The translations under genes were made by a program, and so were the position numbers. From IMG/VR virus record IMGVR_UViG_3300046692_000581: a stretch of 64,000 bases of DNA, one strand, 5' to 3'. Source of the DNA: an uncultured virus (IMG/VR IMGVR_UViG_3300046692_000581). Its lineage: Duplodnaviria; Heunggongvirae; Uroviricota; Caudoviricetes. Each line of letters opens with the position of its first letter. Positions within the stretch are counted from its first letter, which is position 1. Below are positions 19,558 through 30,142 of this stretch, one piece after another. Below the pieces are notes generated by a model that saw only the letters and a program-made list of their open reading frames with translations, was not told where the DNA came from and did not search any database.

Positions 19558-20880
19558 TTGGAATTTAACGTGAAAGCAGTTTTGAAAGACATTGGTTTTG
19601 AACTTGAGCAAATGGTGGTCGAAGAGCTTCCTCTAATGAGTGCTTTTCATGCGGAATTGGATGGCACTCCACGATGGGATGTTCAGGATCTGTTTGCATA
19701 TTTTTCTGAATATAGTCAGGAAATGCCGTTCTATACCTTGAAAGAAGAAAACGCTGAGAAAGTTGGTTTCGTCTTTGAAGATGCGTATCACATGCTGATT
19801 GACGCTGCTGATCGGGTATTTCGAGATCGGGTGGCATTGAACAAGTATTTTGACTGCGCATTCTTGCGCAAGCATGGCAGGTACTTTACTGATTTCGCTG
19901 AGTTTACTTTCCGCAGCTACGGGATGCCGGGTCAGGCCATTTATGGTCGATTTGATGCGGCAATGGATCCTGAAAGTGAAACGGTCACCGGAATTTACGA
20001 ATTCAACGGCAATACTCCTGTGATGCTATTTGAATCGGTAAACTTGCAGAATCATTTGACCATCAAAGTTACTGGCGATAACCACGCTCAGTACAACAAT
20101 TATTACCCCTGGATTCAGGAAACCCTGGCGGCTTACCCTCATAGTTCGAGTACAAAGTTCGCCGTAGTCCTAGATACTCAGTATGTTGATGATGCAGCGA
20201 CGTGTGAGACCATGACCCAGCTGATGGGTGAGGATCGCTGCGCCTTTTTCTCAGATCTTGATGACATTACTTACGAATATCAGTGCCGGGACAAACCATT
20301 TTTCCGGGGTGAAGACCAACTGGACGCCCTGTTTGTGCTGTTGCCATGGGAAGAGATTGTTGAGAACTGGACGGCGCCATTCATGGACTGGGAGCACTGG
20401 TGCCGAAATGTCTCTTTCATGGAGCCCGCATGGCGCTGGTTCATCTCGCACAAAGGGATGCTCGCCTACGTCACTCACCTGCTTGAAACCGATGACGAGT
20501 TCCGTTCCAAGTGGGGTCATGTCCCTACCCTGAGAAGCTACCTGTCGCCCGATGTTTTTGTGAGCAATGGCCTGCCGTATGTAGCCAAGCCAGTTCTGGG
20601 TCGCCTGTCTTCCAACGTTCGCATTTTTGACGAAAATAACGTCCTGCAAAATGAAAACGAAGGCCATTATGGCGACTGTGAGTGCGTGTATCAGGAGTTT
20701 CATGCGCCAGGGCGAGTCGAGGGGCGCAATAACTTCATCGTCGGTATGTGGATGGCCCCCAAGTCTCGATATGGCTCCAAAACTCACGAGGCGCAAGCTG
20801 CGACGTTCTGCATTCGTGAGTTCGATGAGGCGATTCTGCAACTGAAAAATGAGCGATTTATCCCGCACTTGATTGTGTAA
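19558..20880 (+). CDS. glutathionylspermidine synthase-family ATP-grasp ligase (YgiC-like)
   Basis: YGRFD, YEFNGNTP..LFES, LPWE, EPAW...SHKG, KPVLGR, CVYQEF, RFIPH motifs. Confidence 0.9.
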   Translation: MEFNVKAVLKDIGFELEQMVVEELPLMSAFHAELDGTPRWDVQDLFAYFSEYSQEMPFYTLKEENAEKVGFVFEDAYHMLIDAADRVFRDRVALNKYFDCAFLRKHGRYFTDFAEFTFRSYGMPGQAIYGRFDAAMDPESETVTGIYEFNGNTPVMLFESVNLQNHLTIKVTGDNHAQYNNYYPWIQETLAAYPHSSSTKFAVVLDTQYVDDAATCETMTQLMGEDRCAFFSDLDDITYEYQCRDKPFFRGEDQLDALFVLLPWEEIVENWTAPFMDWEHWCRNVSFMEPAWRWFISHKGMLAYVTHLLETDDEFRSKWGHVPTLRSYLSPDVFVSNGLPYVAKPVLGRLSSNVRIFDENNVLQNENEGHYGDCECVYQEFHAPGRVEGRNNFIVGMWMAPKSRYGSKTHEAQAATFCIREFDEAILQLKNERFIPHLIV

Positions 20881-20951
20881 ACGTCACAGTTATTGGCGTT
20901 ACCAAAGGCGCATGGTCTTGTTGAGACCATGCGCCTTTTTGTGTGCGTCAA

Positions 20952-21521
20952 ATGAAAGCTCATCAATATTTTTCTATCGCGGATGAAAAACCACATAGTA
21001 AAAGAAAATCATCGCAGGAGGATTGGCGTGATCTACTTCAGGTCATTCCCCCTGCGATGAGGTTCAGCGCGATGACTGTACTATTTTTGGCGATAGGCTG
21101 CTCGGTCGGATTCCTGCTTTGGCGCTACTCCCGTCAGGTGGGTTTGATTGCAAGAAAGTTCTTGGCCTATCTCGTCACCTATATTGGATTGACCATGGCG
21201 TTGGCTATCGGCATTGAAACTCATCTTGTATTGCCTGGAATCGGCTCTGTCGGCGCAGGCGCCGCTGTAGGCGCTTTTGTCGGATGGTTGCTATGGATGA
21301 TTGTCGGAACGCTCGGAGTGGTGCCTATGGGCATTGCAATTGGCTTGTGGAGCATGGTGAGCGCAGCCATGAGCCTGTCGGCGCTCGGCAGTCTTGTCGG
21401 TGGAATCGGGTTTAGAACCGTGCTGGTCCCTTATGTGCCTGTCGCACTGTGGCTGCCTTTGCTGGTAACCGGTTATGTGATGCATCGAGGCAATCGTAAA
21501 CTGGAAGGTGCCAACGCATGA
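20952..21521 (+). CDS. multi-pass membrane protein
   Basis: Several Gly-rich hydrophobic segments. Confidence 0.6.
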   Translation: MKAHQYFSIADEKPHSKRKSSQEDWRDLLQVIPPAMRFSAMTVLFLAIGCSVGFLLWRYSRQVGLIARKFLAYLVTYIGLTMALAIGIETHLVLPGIGSVGAGAAVGAFVGWLLWMIVGTLGVVPMGIAIGLWSMVSAAMSLSALGSLVGGIGFRTVLVPYVPVALWLPLLVTGYVMHRGNRKLEGANA

Positions 21522-21559
21522 GAATGGATGAGTCCCGACTGTTGCCGGGACTATGCCGC

Positions 21560-22918
21560 TTATGACATGTCCATCGAAGGCGAAGATGTCTTGGTTTTCT
21601 GTTGTGGGTTCAGCAGGCTATTTACGTCAACCGTTTTTGAGGACAGGTACATGACGTCGCTGGCGGTGCCCTGGACGCAAGCCGCGATCAATTGATGAAT
21701 GCACGGTGCATCGCCTGACTTCAGGTTGTCTGCAAATTTCAGTGGACGCTCTTTGGTTTTACGCAGCATGGTCTGCAAGTGCGAGTCCGACGTTACCAAG
21801 TTGAATAGGCGATCAGGGCTGATGACAAGGTTGTTCACTTCACGGATCATGGAGCCTTCGGTGTGCTTGACCACGATGTTGTAGGCACGCTCCTCACCTA
21901 CTGTGAGCTGCTGGCCATGGTGCGGAAGCAGTTTTGTGATTGCGGGAGCGTCTTCTCCAGTATGAATTCGCTTGCCATCTGTGGTTCTGTACGTCGAGAC
22001 CGGATCCCATGAGATGAGCAGTTCGTACTTTTTATCGCTGGTTTCCATTTTAATAAAGCGGTTATGCCTCAGGTCTTCTAGCTTTTCCTTGAGTTCATCG
22101 GCTGTCTCTGGCTCGTAGGTGTCGGCCATTCTAAACAAGTGATTGGTTCCGTCGTCATCAAAAGCAAATTCCTGAATGTGCTCTTCTACGAAGTTGGGGT
22201 CATGCTTCAAATTAAACAGCACCTCGGCCCGCACCAGCGATGACGAGAGGCATTGTTTGAACTGATCCATGATGTGCACTTCGCACAGCTGGTATTTCTT
22301 GTCGCCCTCTATATCAGTGATCAGTTGAATCTCAGCTTTGTACTGCTTTTTACTACCAGCATGGCTGGCGAATGGCATGAATGTGACCTCTTCATAGCTC
22401 AGTGGTGGCAAGAGTTCCTCTATGTCGCCGTCCCCATAGATCCAAGCTTCTGCCTCGTCCAACGAATAGGCTTGGTGTGCGATGCAGTATTGTTCAACAT
22501 CGCTATCCCAGCACATGACATTGAACACGTCATCGCCCATGCCTGGATGTTTTTCGTTTGCTTCAGGTGAAGAAATAAAAAACTCAACAGCAAGATTTGG
22601 ATCTTCGGTAAACACCAGGAACTCACCCATGGTCTTTGCTTTTTCCACCCAGTCAAACTGAGGATTGGTAAAGGGCACCCGGTGACTCCACAGGGGGTTT
22701 TTAGAGTCTTGCAGCAAGAAGAATCTGCCTGACAGGTCGACGGAAGCCGACTCAATCGCCCTTAACCTCTCGGCCATCACTTTGTTTGATTCAGAGCCAT
22801 AGAGGATCCTGGCCATTGGCTCTGTCAGTGCGTAGGAAAGGCCGTTGGCATTCGATGTGACGCTACCCTCCTCGACGACCCAAGTGTCGCCGAGGCAGCT
22901 TGTAATTTCCTTTTTCAT
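21560..22918 (-). CDS. unknown ~450-aa tandem paralogue C
   Basis: LGDxWxV N-terminus; YELLISW.P...RT.DG...GE..P; GxERxY; shared with next two genes. Confidence 0.85.
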   Translation of the reverse strand: MKKEITSCLGDTWVVEEGSVTSNANGLSYALTEPMARILYGSESNKVMAERLRAIESASVDLSGRFFLLQDSKNPLWSHRVPFTNPQFDWVEKAKTMGEFLVFTEDPNLAVEFFISSPEANEKHPGMGDDVFNVMCWDSDVEQYCIAHQAYSLDEAEAWIYGDGDIEELLPPLSYEEVTFMPFASHAGSKKQYKAEIQLITDIEGDKKYQLCEVHIMDQFKQCLSSSLVRAEVLFNLKHDPNFVEEHIQEFAFDDDGTNHLFRMADTYEPETADELKEKLEDLRHNRFIKMETSDKKYELLISWDPVSTYRTTDGKRIHTGEDAPAITKLLPHHGQQLTVGEERAYNIVVKHTEGSMIREVNNLVISPDRLFNLVTSDSHLQTMLRKTKERPLKFADNLKSGDAPCIHQLIAACVQGTASDVMYLSSKTVDVNSLLNPQQKTKTSSPSMDMS

Positions 22919-22960
22919 TGCTGAAGATTGCCCCTAATTTATCGTTAATACACGGTTGAA

Positions 22961-24271
22961 TCAGTCCAAGTTCATTTTGAGAAAATTATCTTCAGCGCGG
23001 CGATATTGGTTTTCAATGCGCTTTTGCATTTCTTTGACTGTCACCACATGTTTGGATAAATACTCAACGTGATGATGGGTGCCTTGCAGCGACGCGCCAA
23101 TCAGCAAATTCTTGCTGAAGGAGTCCAGGTAGTTTGGTTTCCTCTCTTCTGTGAATTTGAGCATCGGCGCCAGCGCAGCTTTGTCGGTGACTAATGCAAA
23201 CAGTTTCTCGGTATCCAGGGGAATTCGGTGCACGGCTTCTACCAGTACACCTTCGGCTTTTTTGACTTGGATGACATAGCCACGTTCCTTGCCGGACGTG
23301 ACGGTGGGTTCATGCCAGTTATCAAACAGGTGCGTAGGTGGAATTTCTTCACCTGCGTACAGCTTTTTGCCCGAAACGCTCCTGATTGAATTGAGCGGCA
23401 GCCACGACACCAGCATTTCATATTGCTTGTCGGCAGTTTGAAATTTCATGGCAGTGTTTTGAGTAAGATTCTTGATCGTTTCATTGAGTTCTTCAAGGTT
23501 ATTGGGGGTGTGAAGGTCAATTTGCTTAAAGGCCATCACTTCCTTATTCACTTGTTTGGTGCCGTGTTCATCGAGCATTTTCTGGAAAAAAGAAACATTG
23601 TCCCTAAGCTCAAGCAGGGTGGTGAGGTCAGTCCTTAATGACATGCATAGATTGCCTGACTGGTCTGTGACGTGGGTTTCAAATTCGTGGAAAGTCGTGT
23701 CATTGATGGTTGACTGGGTGCGAATGACTTCAGCTTTGCAATCAAATGGCAAGTCAATGATGCGGGAATCAGTGGTATTGAGGTGCGGCAGTGGCTGAGG
23801 AAGATTTCCCTCAGCAATGAAAGATTCGCACTGTTCAAGCGAATCGCATGACTTCATCAGGCCGTATGCTTTTTCATGCGGAATAAATTTCATGACTTCC
23901 CAATCGCCGTAGAGGTTGCCGGGTTCGATGACACTTTCGGAGACCGCGATGCTGTGATCATTGGTTTTGACAAGCGTGGCGCCCCAAAAATAATCCACGG
24001 TGCCAAAATCCAGCACTGGCTTTTCAAAGCTAACCGGCCTTGACCAGCCAGGATGATCTTTGTCTTGTATAAGGACGCAGGTTTTATCGTAATTTAGAGG
24101 CGCATTATCCAGTGCACGCAATGCTTCACTGGAATCTTTGTCATTACTTGCTGCTTCCAGCACCATCTCCAATTCTTCGGAGTAGCCAAAAACCCTACGA
24201 GACTTTGATGATGTTGCTTTTTCGTCCTCCACAATCCATTCGTCGCCCAACGCTGTGATAATTGTCTTCAT
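22961..24271 (-). CDS. unknown ~440-aa tandem paralogue B
   Basis: same motifs; ends KEMQKRIENQYRRAEDNFLKM. Confidence 0.85.
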   Translation of the reverse strand: MKTIITALGDEWIVEDEKATSSKSRRVFGYSEELEMVLEAASNDKDSSEALRALDNAPLNYDKTCVLIQDKDHPGWSRPVSFEKPVLDFGTVDYFWGATLVKTNDHSIAVSESVIEPGNLYGDWEVMKFIPHEKAYGLMKSCDSLEQCESFIAEGNLPQPLPHLNTTDSRIIDLPFDCKAEVIRTQSTINDTTFHEFETHVTDQSGNLCMSLRTDLTTLLELRDNVSFFQKMLDEHGTKQVNKEVMAFKQIDLHTPNNLEELNETIKNLTQNTAMKFQTADKQYEMLVSWLPLNSIRSVSGKKLYAGEEIPPTHLFDNWHEPTVTSGKERGYVIQVKKAEGVLVEAVHRIPLDTEKLFALVTDKAALAPMLKFTEERKPNYLDSFSKNLLIGASLQGTHHHVEYLSKHVVTVKEMQKRIENQYRRAEDNFLKMNLD

Positions 24272-24342
24272 TGAAATTTATCCATTTTCTTTTATTATAT
24301 CAAAAATAAGGAGTGAACATGGCGAGCTAGGCCTATCATCGA

Positions 24343-25689
24343 TTAGCTCATCTTCAGGTAGCTCTCTTCGGCGCGCTCGTATTGTTTTTCAATACGTTTT
24401 TGCATTTCTTTTGGGGACACTTCGCTTTTGCTGATGTATTCGAGATTAAAGAAGCCGCCTTTTGCTGCAAAACCAATCAGGTTCTGTTCAGTAGGATCCT
24501 CAAGCCCGGAAGGGAATGTCGAGCGCGCTTGTTCAACCGTCTTCTCAAAAAAGCGTTGATTGGTGATCAATTTGAATAGCGTATCGCGATCAATGACGAT
24601 GTCTTCTGTCGAAAAAATCATGCTGCCTTCAGGTCTTTTAACGTGGACGTCGTATTCGCGTTCTTTGCCGGTTACAAGGCTGTCCAAGTGCCAGTTTTGG
24701 AATAGCGTGACCGGAGGAATTTCATTTCCTTTGTAGATAACGTCACCATCCAGAGTGCGCAATGAATTGACCGGTCTCCAGGTCACCAGCAGTTCATATT
24801 CCTTTTCGGGTGTTTCCAGATGAAGCATGTCGTTTGGCTTGAGATTGGATAGCGCGTTGTTGAAGGCTTCATAGCCCATTGGGGCGCTGATTTTGATCTC
24901 TTTGAAAGCCGTTAGCAGCTTGTGCTGACTTTTTTCATATTCGTTGCCCATCTGAAGTTCACGTTCATCACGCTGATTTTGTTCAATGACGGCATTCATG
25001 ACTGCTGAGCTGTCTCTCACCTTAAGAATGGTGTTGGCACCGGTCAGGACATCGATCACTTTGTTGCCATTGCAATCGATTATATTCATCAAAAAATGCT
25101 GTGTAATACCGCCATCCATATCGTTTTGAGGCGACCTGAGGATCTCAGCGGTATAGCCGTCCTGTAGATCAATAATTCTTGTGACATCTGTCCATAGTGG
25201 CGGCAATGGGTCCGGAAAATCACCCTTTTGAATATACTCTTGAACATCTTCGTATTTTTTCACGACTCCAATGATTCCATACATTTTTTCAGAGGGAATG
25301 TAGCGTGAAATTTCCCAGCAATCATCGTAGGCTCCTGGTTCTTCGACGTACAGGCGAGCGCTGATAGAATGGTCGGCGGCAAGCATAAGGATTGGTCCCA
25401 ATACCTCATCCTGGCCTCTCCAATCGAGTACCGGATCATCCATGTCAATTGGCCTTAGCCACCCTTCATGCTCGCGGTCAGGTAGCAGGAAATGCTTGCC
25501 ATTGAGGCCAATAGGAGCTTCTTCAATCAATCGCATACGGTTGGCGTAGCGAACATCGGTGGTGGCTTTTTCCAGAAAAGACTGAATATCCTCACTGTAT
25601 CCAATGGTTTTTTCAGTGTTAGAGGACGTGGCGAGGCCGTCAAGAACGATCCATTCATCGCCTAGAATGGTTTTGATAGTGGTCTGCAT
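24343..25689 (-). CDS. unknown ~450-aa tandem paralogue A
   Basis: same motifs; AGGAG SD; ends KEMQKRIEKQYERAEESYLKMS. Confidence 0.85.
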   Translation of the reverse strand: MQTTIKTILGDEWIVLDGLATSSNTEKTIGYSEDIQSFLEKATTDVRYANRMRLIEEAPIGLNGKHFLLPDREHEGWLRPIDMDDPVLDWRGQDEVLGPILMLAADHSISARLYVEEPGAYDDCWEISRYIPSEKMYGIIGVVKKYEDVQEYIQKGDFPDPLPPLWTDVTRIIDLQDGYTAEILRSPQNDMDGGITQHFLMNIIDCNGNKVIDVLTGANTILKVRDSSAVMNAVIEQNQRDERELQMGNEYEKSQHKLLTAFKEIKISAPMGYEAFNNALSNLKPNDMLHLETPEKEYELLVTWRPVNSLRTLDGDVIYKGNEIPPVTLFQNWHLDSLVTGKEREYDVHVKRPEGSMIFSTEDIVIDRDTLFKLITNQRFFEKTVEQARSTFPSGLEDPTEQNLIGFAAKGGFFNLEYISKSEVSPKEMQKRIEKQYERAEESYLKMS

Positions 25690-25793
25690 ATGATCTCCTA
25701 TTTAGTTCTTATTATATCATAGCGACGGGCTGTGCAATGCAGATTTGGATCGCTATAATAAGAACAATTAATCAAGCGGCGGCTCTCGTCAAA

Positions 25794-26264
25794 ATGAATA
25801 CACTTATTGGAAACCCCTATCAATTTTTTTCATCAGGCGATGCAATTTGTGTGACCACGAACGGAATCGTCATGCGGTCGAAAAAAGCTGTGATGGGGGC
25901 AGGTAACGCGGAATTTGTCAGGGACAATTTTGCCGGAATTGATACAAAGCTGGCGAATTACCTGACCCGGTTCGGTAACCGTGTTTTTGATTTGGGTGGC
26001 TACGAGTACGGCGGTAAAAAGCTCAACATCATCAGCTTTCCGACCAAATTTGACTGGAAAGACAATTCTGACCTTGAGCTGATTACCAAGTCGGCGATTG
26101 AATTGCGTGATTTGCTGCTCAAGCGTGAGTTTCGCAAGGTTTACCTGCCCATTCCAGGGTGCAGTAACGGAAAGCTGAAGTGGTCGCAGGTGGCCCCGGT
26201 TTTGGATGTGCTGGGCGACTCAGTGACGGTGTTCACCGAGAAGGCCAAGCTTTTCGACAAGTGA
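25794..26264 (+). CDS. macro-domain (ADP-ribose binding/hydrolase) protein
   Basis: AICVTTNG...VMGAGNA, FPTK.DW, PIPGCSNGKLKW motifs. Confidence 0.85.
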   Translation: MNTLIGNPYQFFSSGDAICVTTNGIVMRSKKAVMGAGNAEFVRDNFAGIDTKLANYLTRFGNRVFDLGGYEYGGKKLNIISFPTKFDWKDNSDLELITKSAIELRDLLLKREFRKVYLPIPGCSNGKLKWSQVAPVLDVLGDSVTVFTEKAKLFDK

Positions 26265-26371
26265 TTGACGGAATTCCTGTGTCCGTTCTTATTTCTCCGG
26301 ACGGCGCCATGGGGCATCATAGGCGCATACCAAATCTGATATAATGGAGGGAATAATCGGAGAAGAACAAG

Positions 26372-27100
26372 ATGTCTAAAGACGAATACACCCTAGAAAA
26401 AACCATGCTATTTGATCAGATCGCACAGGTCGCCCTTCAATTCGAAACTGCGAAAAACCCTAGTCACGTTAAACGTCGTTTAGAATCTATGCTTGTTGAG
26501 TGGGTTGATTCGATGTTGGCTCGCGGGATGACTTCGGATAGACCGCTCATTGGCGGTATAACAGGAACTGGGCATATAGCTTCGATGGACGATCTAATTG
26601 AATCCAGTGAGGAGTGGTTGGGTGAACGCCAGGATGACGTTTTTAACGAGTTGAAGAAAAACCTCGCACAACGCGTAGCGGTCAACGCTGAAGGTTACAA
26701 AGGTGATTACTCAGCGCAAATGACAAGGTTGCTAGAAGAAAATGATCGTTTGATACGGCAATGCAAGGGCTTGGGTATCTCGTTGGTAGATCGCAGCATC
26801 AAATTTGAAGCGGATATCAGAGAGGCTATCTCTTTGAAGTCTCAATTGGAAGCAGTTGAACATCCGTTGGCGCCTTATGCCGATCTCGATCTTAAGACAT
26901 CTACGCTGTATGTCCCTCAGAAGCATCTGAAAGAAGCCCTCGCGCTCTTGAAGGAAGAAAAGTTTGTTGTGAAGGAAATTAGTGCTTGTGAGTTGGCCAT
27001 TCCAGGCCTGAAGAATGCGGATGACTTGGAGCAAAGTATTGCGGTCAAAGCGGACTTGGATGTGCGTATGAAGGGCGACAACTCTGGGCCATCGATTTGA
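26372..27100 (+). CDS. hypothetical coiled-coil protein
   Basis: 242-aa ORF, GGAG SD, TGATATAAT upstream, ends DNSGPSI. Confidence 0.75.
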   Translation: MSKDEYTLEKTMLFDQIAQVALQFETAKNPSHVKRRLESMLVEWVDSMLARGMTSDRPLIGGITGTGHIASMDDLIESSEEWLGERQDDVFNELKKNLAQRVAVNAEGYKGDYSAQMTRLLEENDRLIRQCKGLGISLVDRSIKFEADIREAISLKSQLEAVEHPLAPYADLDLKTSTLYVPQKHLKEALALLKEEKFVVKEISACELAIPGLKNADDLEQSIAVKADLDVRMKGDNSGPSI

Positions 27101-27151
27101 TGGAAAGACCTCCGGGCCCTGAATACGGCCATACGGGTTCCAAAGGGCTGT

Positions 27152-27183
27152 AAAAGGAGGCTAGCTTAACTAGCCTCCTTTTT
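27152..27183. terminator. bidirectional intrinsic terminator
   Basis: aaaaggaggctag-cttaa-ctagcctcctttt between convergent genes. Confidence 0.85.
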
Positions 27184-27463
27184 AGTTCGCCTCGCTCAGT
27201 TTCGATTCGAGAGTTTCAAGTCGCTCAAACATCCATCCCATCAAATCTTCCTGTGAGACGGTACAATACGCGCCAAGGCACTTTTCATATGAAATGTCGA
27301 AGGCCCAGTCGCCCTCATCAGTTTTGCGAAGATTCATTATTCTCTGAACTTTCCCGGTTTCAGCTACCCGGTTTTCATTTGCGTTGTCGTTCAAATACGC
27401 AACAATCAGATCATTGAAACGATACATGTCAGATTCCTTATGTGAAGTGGGTATCGCAAACAT
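27182..27463 (-). CDS. hypothetical protein
   Basis: short ORF; likely start at MYRFND. Confidence 0.6.
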   Translation of the reverse strand: MFAIPTSHKESDMYRFNDLIVAYLNDNANENRVAETGKVQRIMNLRKTDEGDWAFDISYEKCLGAYCTVSQEDLMGWMFERLETLESKLSEAN

Positions 27464-27803
27464 GGCACTGCATGGAGTTGGGGCCTTGTTTTACGCCACA
27501 ATATGGACAGAAATTACAGATCGCTGGGCCGTCCTCTTGTGCGTAAATCAGAACGATGTCGGACACTCCGACCACTCGGCTGAAGTAACGGAACTTACCG
27601 TCGATCCAGTTCCAGTCGTGAATTTTATCTTCGATAAAAATGGTGTCGCGTTGAATGAGTGCGCCTTTGGTTTCAATAAAGCGCTTTTCGTTCATTAGTG
27701 TGGCAACCGCAATAGGTTCGCGCTCGACGGAAAGGTTGATCCTGGGATCGGAAACAACCTTCCGGAGAATGATAAAGTCAGTGGCTCTCAGCATTGTGAT
27801 CAA
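27438..27803 (-). CDS. hypothetical with C-terminal zinc ribbon
   Basis: CPYCG...CHVC; TTGACA-N18-TATAAT at 27821-27850. Confidence 0.7.
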   Translation of the reverse strand: MITMLRATDFIILRKVVSDPRINLSVEREPIAVATLMNEKRFIETKGALIQRDTIFIEDKIHDWNWIDGKFRYFSRVVGVSDIVLIYAQEDGPAICNFCPYCGVKQGPNSMQCHVCDTHFT

Positions 27804-27879
27804 CCTTTTTAAGTGGGTTGATTATAACCATACCCATCGATTAATGTCAATATCACTGACCATTCATAAGTGCGGCCAT

Positions 27880-28206
27880 TCACTCTTCAGCTTTTGCCCA
27901 ATCTTTGCTGTAAGACGGCACAAAATTCTGAATTTTTACCGGCTCCAGGGCGCCTATGGAGAGGCGTGAAAGCCAGTCACCCAGTTTTTCACGCAGCTGT
28001 TCCATGCCTTCGCATTGCAGGCCTTCCACCACCAGTTTGGCGTCCAGAACTCGACCGTCGTGTTCGCTGATATAAACGTCCATCTCGGCGGTCAGCGTTG
28101 TCTTCCCGTTATTGTGCTTGAGGTCGTACCGGGCGTGATAAAGATCTTCCCGAGGAGCAAGGTGTTCAGGAGCTTTGGTCAATTGGCACGATTTCAATTC
28201 AAACAT
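27880..28206 (-). CDS. hypothetical protein
   Basis: 108-aa ORF, TAATG coupling to upstream gene. Confidence 0.65.
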   Translation of the reverse strand: MFELKSCQLTKAPEHLAPREDLYHARYDLKHNNGKTTLTAEMDVYISEHDGRVLDAKLVVEGLQCEGMEQLREKLGDWLSRLSIGALEPVKIQNFVPSYSKDWAKAEE

Positions 28207-29006
28207 TAGGCGGGCCGTCCTGCTCTGACTTTGATGATGGTTGAGTACCCTGCCCCTTCGGCCAATTCCCTGATCATTAGAGCGTCCAGGCTCGGGCTCT
28301 TTGCCTTGTCAGGATCATCATTACGAAGCAATGCAGCCTGCTCAACCTCGTTGAAATTAAACGCTTGGGACGGCCATATCTCGGTGAAAAACACGTACTT
28401 TGACATCAAAACGACCAAAGCCTGACCGGCTTTAAAGGTGCCCAGTGGTTTGATGCCTTCCCCTGTAGCGCTGAAGGTTCTGAGTCGGATTTCCTTGTAT
28501 CGGCAGTAATGCGCAATATCCTCCATTACATGAGGATTTCGTTCCAAGGCATTGAATTGATCCGTAAACAAGCCGAACACTGAATAGGCTTCCCCTGTCA
28601 GCCGAGGGACGGGGTCAGCTTTGCGGTTTTTGACCACGCTAAGGCGTTGCTGGCGCGCATTGAAGCGCAGAGTGGCGATATGTGCCTCAAGCCCCACCTC
28701 ATCTTCTTGACCGATCTTGGCGCCAGCCAGGAAGTTTGCAAAGGTCATGCTTTGGTTGTTGATGTAGAAGAGGGTGTCGCCAGCAGCATGGTGATAATGG
28801 GACACCAGCAGGTTGTCGCTAAGGCCATAAAACTCAATAGCCTCAGGGCTGTAGCCGTTGGCATCCAGGTCAAAGCGCTTTGGGCTGGCATCAGAAAGAT
28901 TGATTGCGCTCGAAACACTCTCAAACGTCATTTTTTCGATGCGTTCGAGGTCTTTATGTCTTACGGCGACAATCACCATATTTCCCATTTCGTAAAATCC
29001 TGTCAA
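28206..29006 (-). CDS. hypothetical protein
   Basis: 266-aa ORF; TTGACC-N17-TATAAT at 29049-29077. Confidence 0.7.
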   Translation of the reverse strand: MTGFYEMGNMVIVAVRHKDLERIEKMTFESVSSAINLSDASPKRFDLDANGYSPEAIEFYGLSDNLLVSHYHHAAGDTLFYINNQSMTFANFLAGAKIGQEDEVGLEAHIATLRFNARQQRLSVVKNRKADPVPRLTGEAYSVFGLFTDQFNALERNPHVMEDIAHYCRYKEIRLRTFSATGEGIKPLGTFKAGQALVVLMSKYVFFTEIWPSQAFNFNEVEQAALLRNDDPDKAKSPSLDALMIRELAEGAGYSTIIKVRAGRPA

Positions 29007-29162
29007 TGTTCGGTCGACCGCTTATGCGGCGTATAAATTTAGGTATTTATTATATGACTTGATCATTCAATGGTCAATGACAATAACGTATTAATTCGCT
29101 AGTGATGGGAATTTTCATTAAACGGTGACATAATAGGCGAATAATAAAAATAAGAGATAAAG

Positions 29163-29621
29163 ATGCATATGAAATACTTATTGGGCGAATTTGATTATCA
29201 TTTTTTTGACATTTCGGAGTCTACTCCAACTCGACTTGTGTATTGCACCACGCTCAGGCGCCTTTTGGTGGCTGAATTTAAGCTGGGTGGTCAATTTTTC
29301 AAGGCAACTCAGGATCAATTGGCTGATTTGGAGGCTACCGCCCTCACCCACTCGGCAATCGAGACGCTTGAGCCCGCCAGCTTGATGCCCGGCTGGGCGC
29401 GTCGGCACTTCATGTGGATTCCCGTCGATGATGGAGACGGAGGTGCGATGAGCTTTTCGCTGCATGACATCATCAATGGCATTGAAATGCAGAAGACTTC
29501 CGGTGGCCAGACCGCGACGGTAGATGCGGCCCTGGCCACCGCGCTGACGAACACGATTGAAATGCTCATGGAGATTGTTGAGCGCCTTGGTCGACCGAAA
29601 AAAGAACCGACGCTCCATTAA
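29163..29621 (+). CDS. hypothetical protein
   Basis: 152-aa ORF after A-rich leader. Confidence 0.6.
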   Translation: MHMKYLLGEFDYHFFDISESTPTRLVYCTTLRRLLVAEFKLGGQFFKATQDQLADLEATALTHSAIETLEPASLMPGWARRHFMWIPVDDGDGGAMSFSLHDIINGIEMQKTSGGQTATVDAALATALTNTIEMLMEIVERLGRPKKEPTLH

Positions 29622-29947
29622 TGAATGATGGTGGCCTCAATCCAGCTAATGCCTTGGCCGGATGACCGAATTTCAAGCTCCGTTCCATCGGTAAAGGCGA
29701 TGTGCATGATGGACGAGCAGAGTTCATCGTCATAATCGACCGACGAGATCTCTTTTCCGGCAACGACTTTGGCTGACTTTTCATGGCCGAGCGCGGTTGA
29801 GATGACAGAGTCGTTACCTCCAGCAATGATCGAGAGTGTTGTTCCATACGAAAGGTGGAGGTTTAGAGAGCACTCCTGACAATTGTTTGGAGTTTCAACC
29901 GATTCTACGTGCAGCCCCACAATGCTGTCGATTTTCTCATAAATCAT
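29618..29947 (-). CDS. hypothetical protein
   Basis: 109-aa ORF. Confidence 0.55.
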   Translation of the reverse strand: MIYEKIDSIVGLHVESVETPNNCQECSLNLHLSYGTTLSIIAGGNDSVISTALGHEKSAKVVAGKEISSVDYDDELCSSIMHIAFTDGTELEIRSSGQGISWIEATIIH

Positions 29948-30047
29948 AATTTAAACCTTAATCCGATGCCCCGATCATACGATTTTAAGTCGCTCGTGTC
30001 AATGTGAGTGACATGCGTAAATCCCATGTTTTTAGCTGAATGCACTC

Positions 30048-30142
30048 TTGAGTTATGATCGAGTGATTCATGAGTCGATGCTGAGTGGAATTCGAGTGTG
30101 ATTTGAATGAGTGCTGAGTGTTGACTCAAGCGATTCTTGAGT
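30048..30142. repeat. 11-bp-periodic GAGT array plus ACTCAAG-N5-CTTGAGT palindrome
   Basis: GAGT/GAAT cores at 30050, 30061, 30072, 30083, 30094, 30105, 30116; palindrome 30124-30142. Confidence 0.85.

Noticed and set aside
29944..30129. 61-aa minus-strand ORF rich in H/S
   Set aside because: Its composition is a by-product of the 11-bp GAGT array; an 11-bp period is not codon-phased.
30048..30142. CRISPR-like array
   Set aside because: Repeat core only 4-5 bp with ~6-bp spacers; no cas genes. No CRISPR array was seen anywhere in the window.
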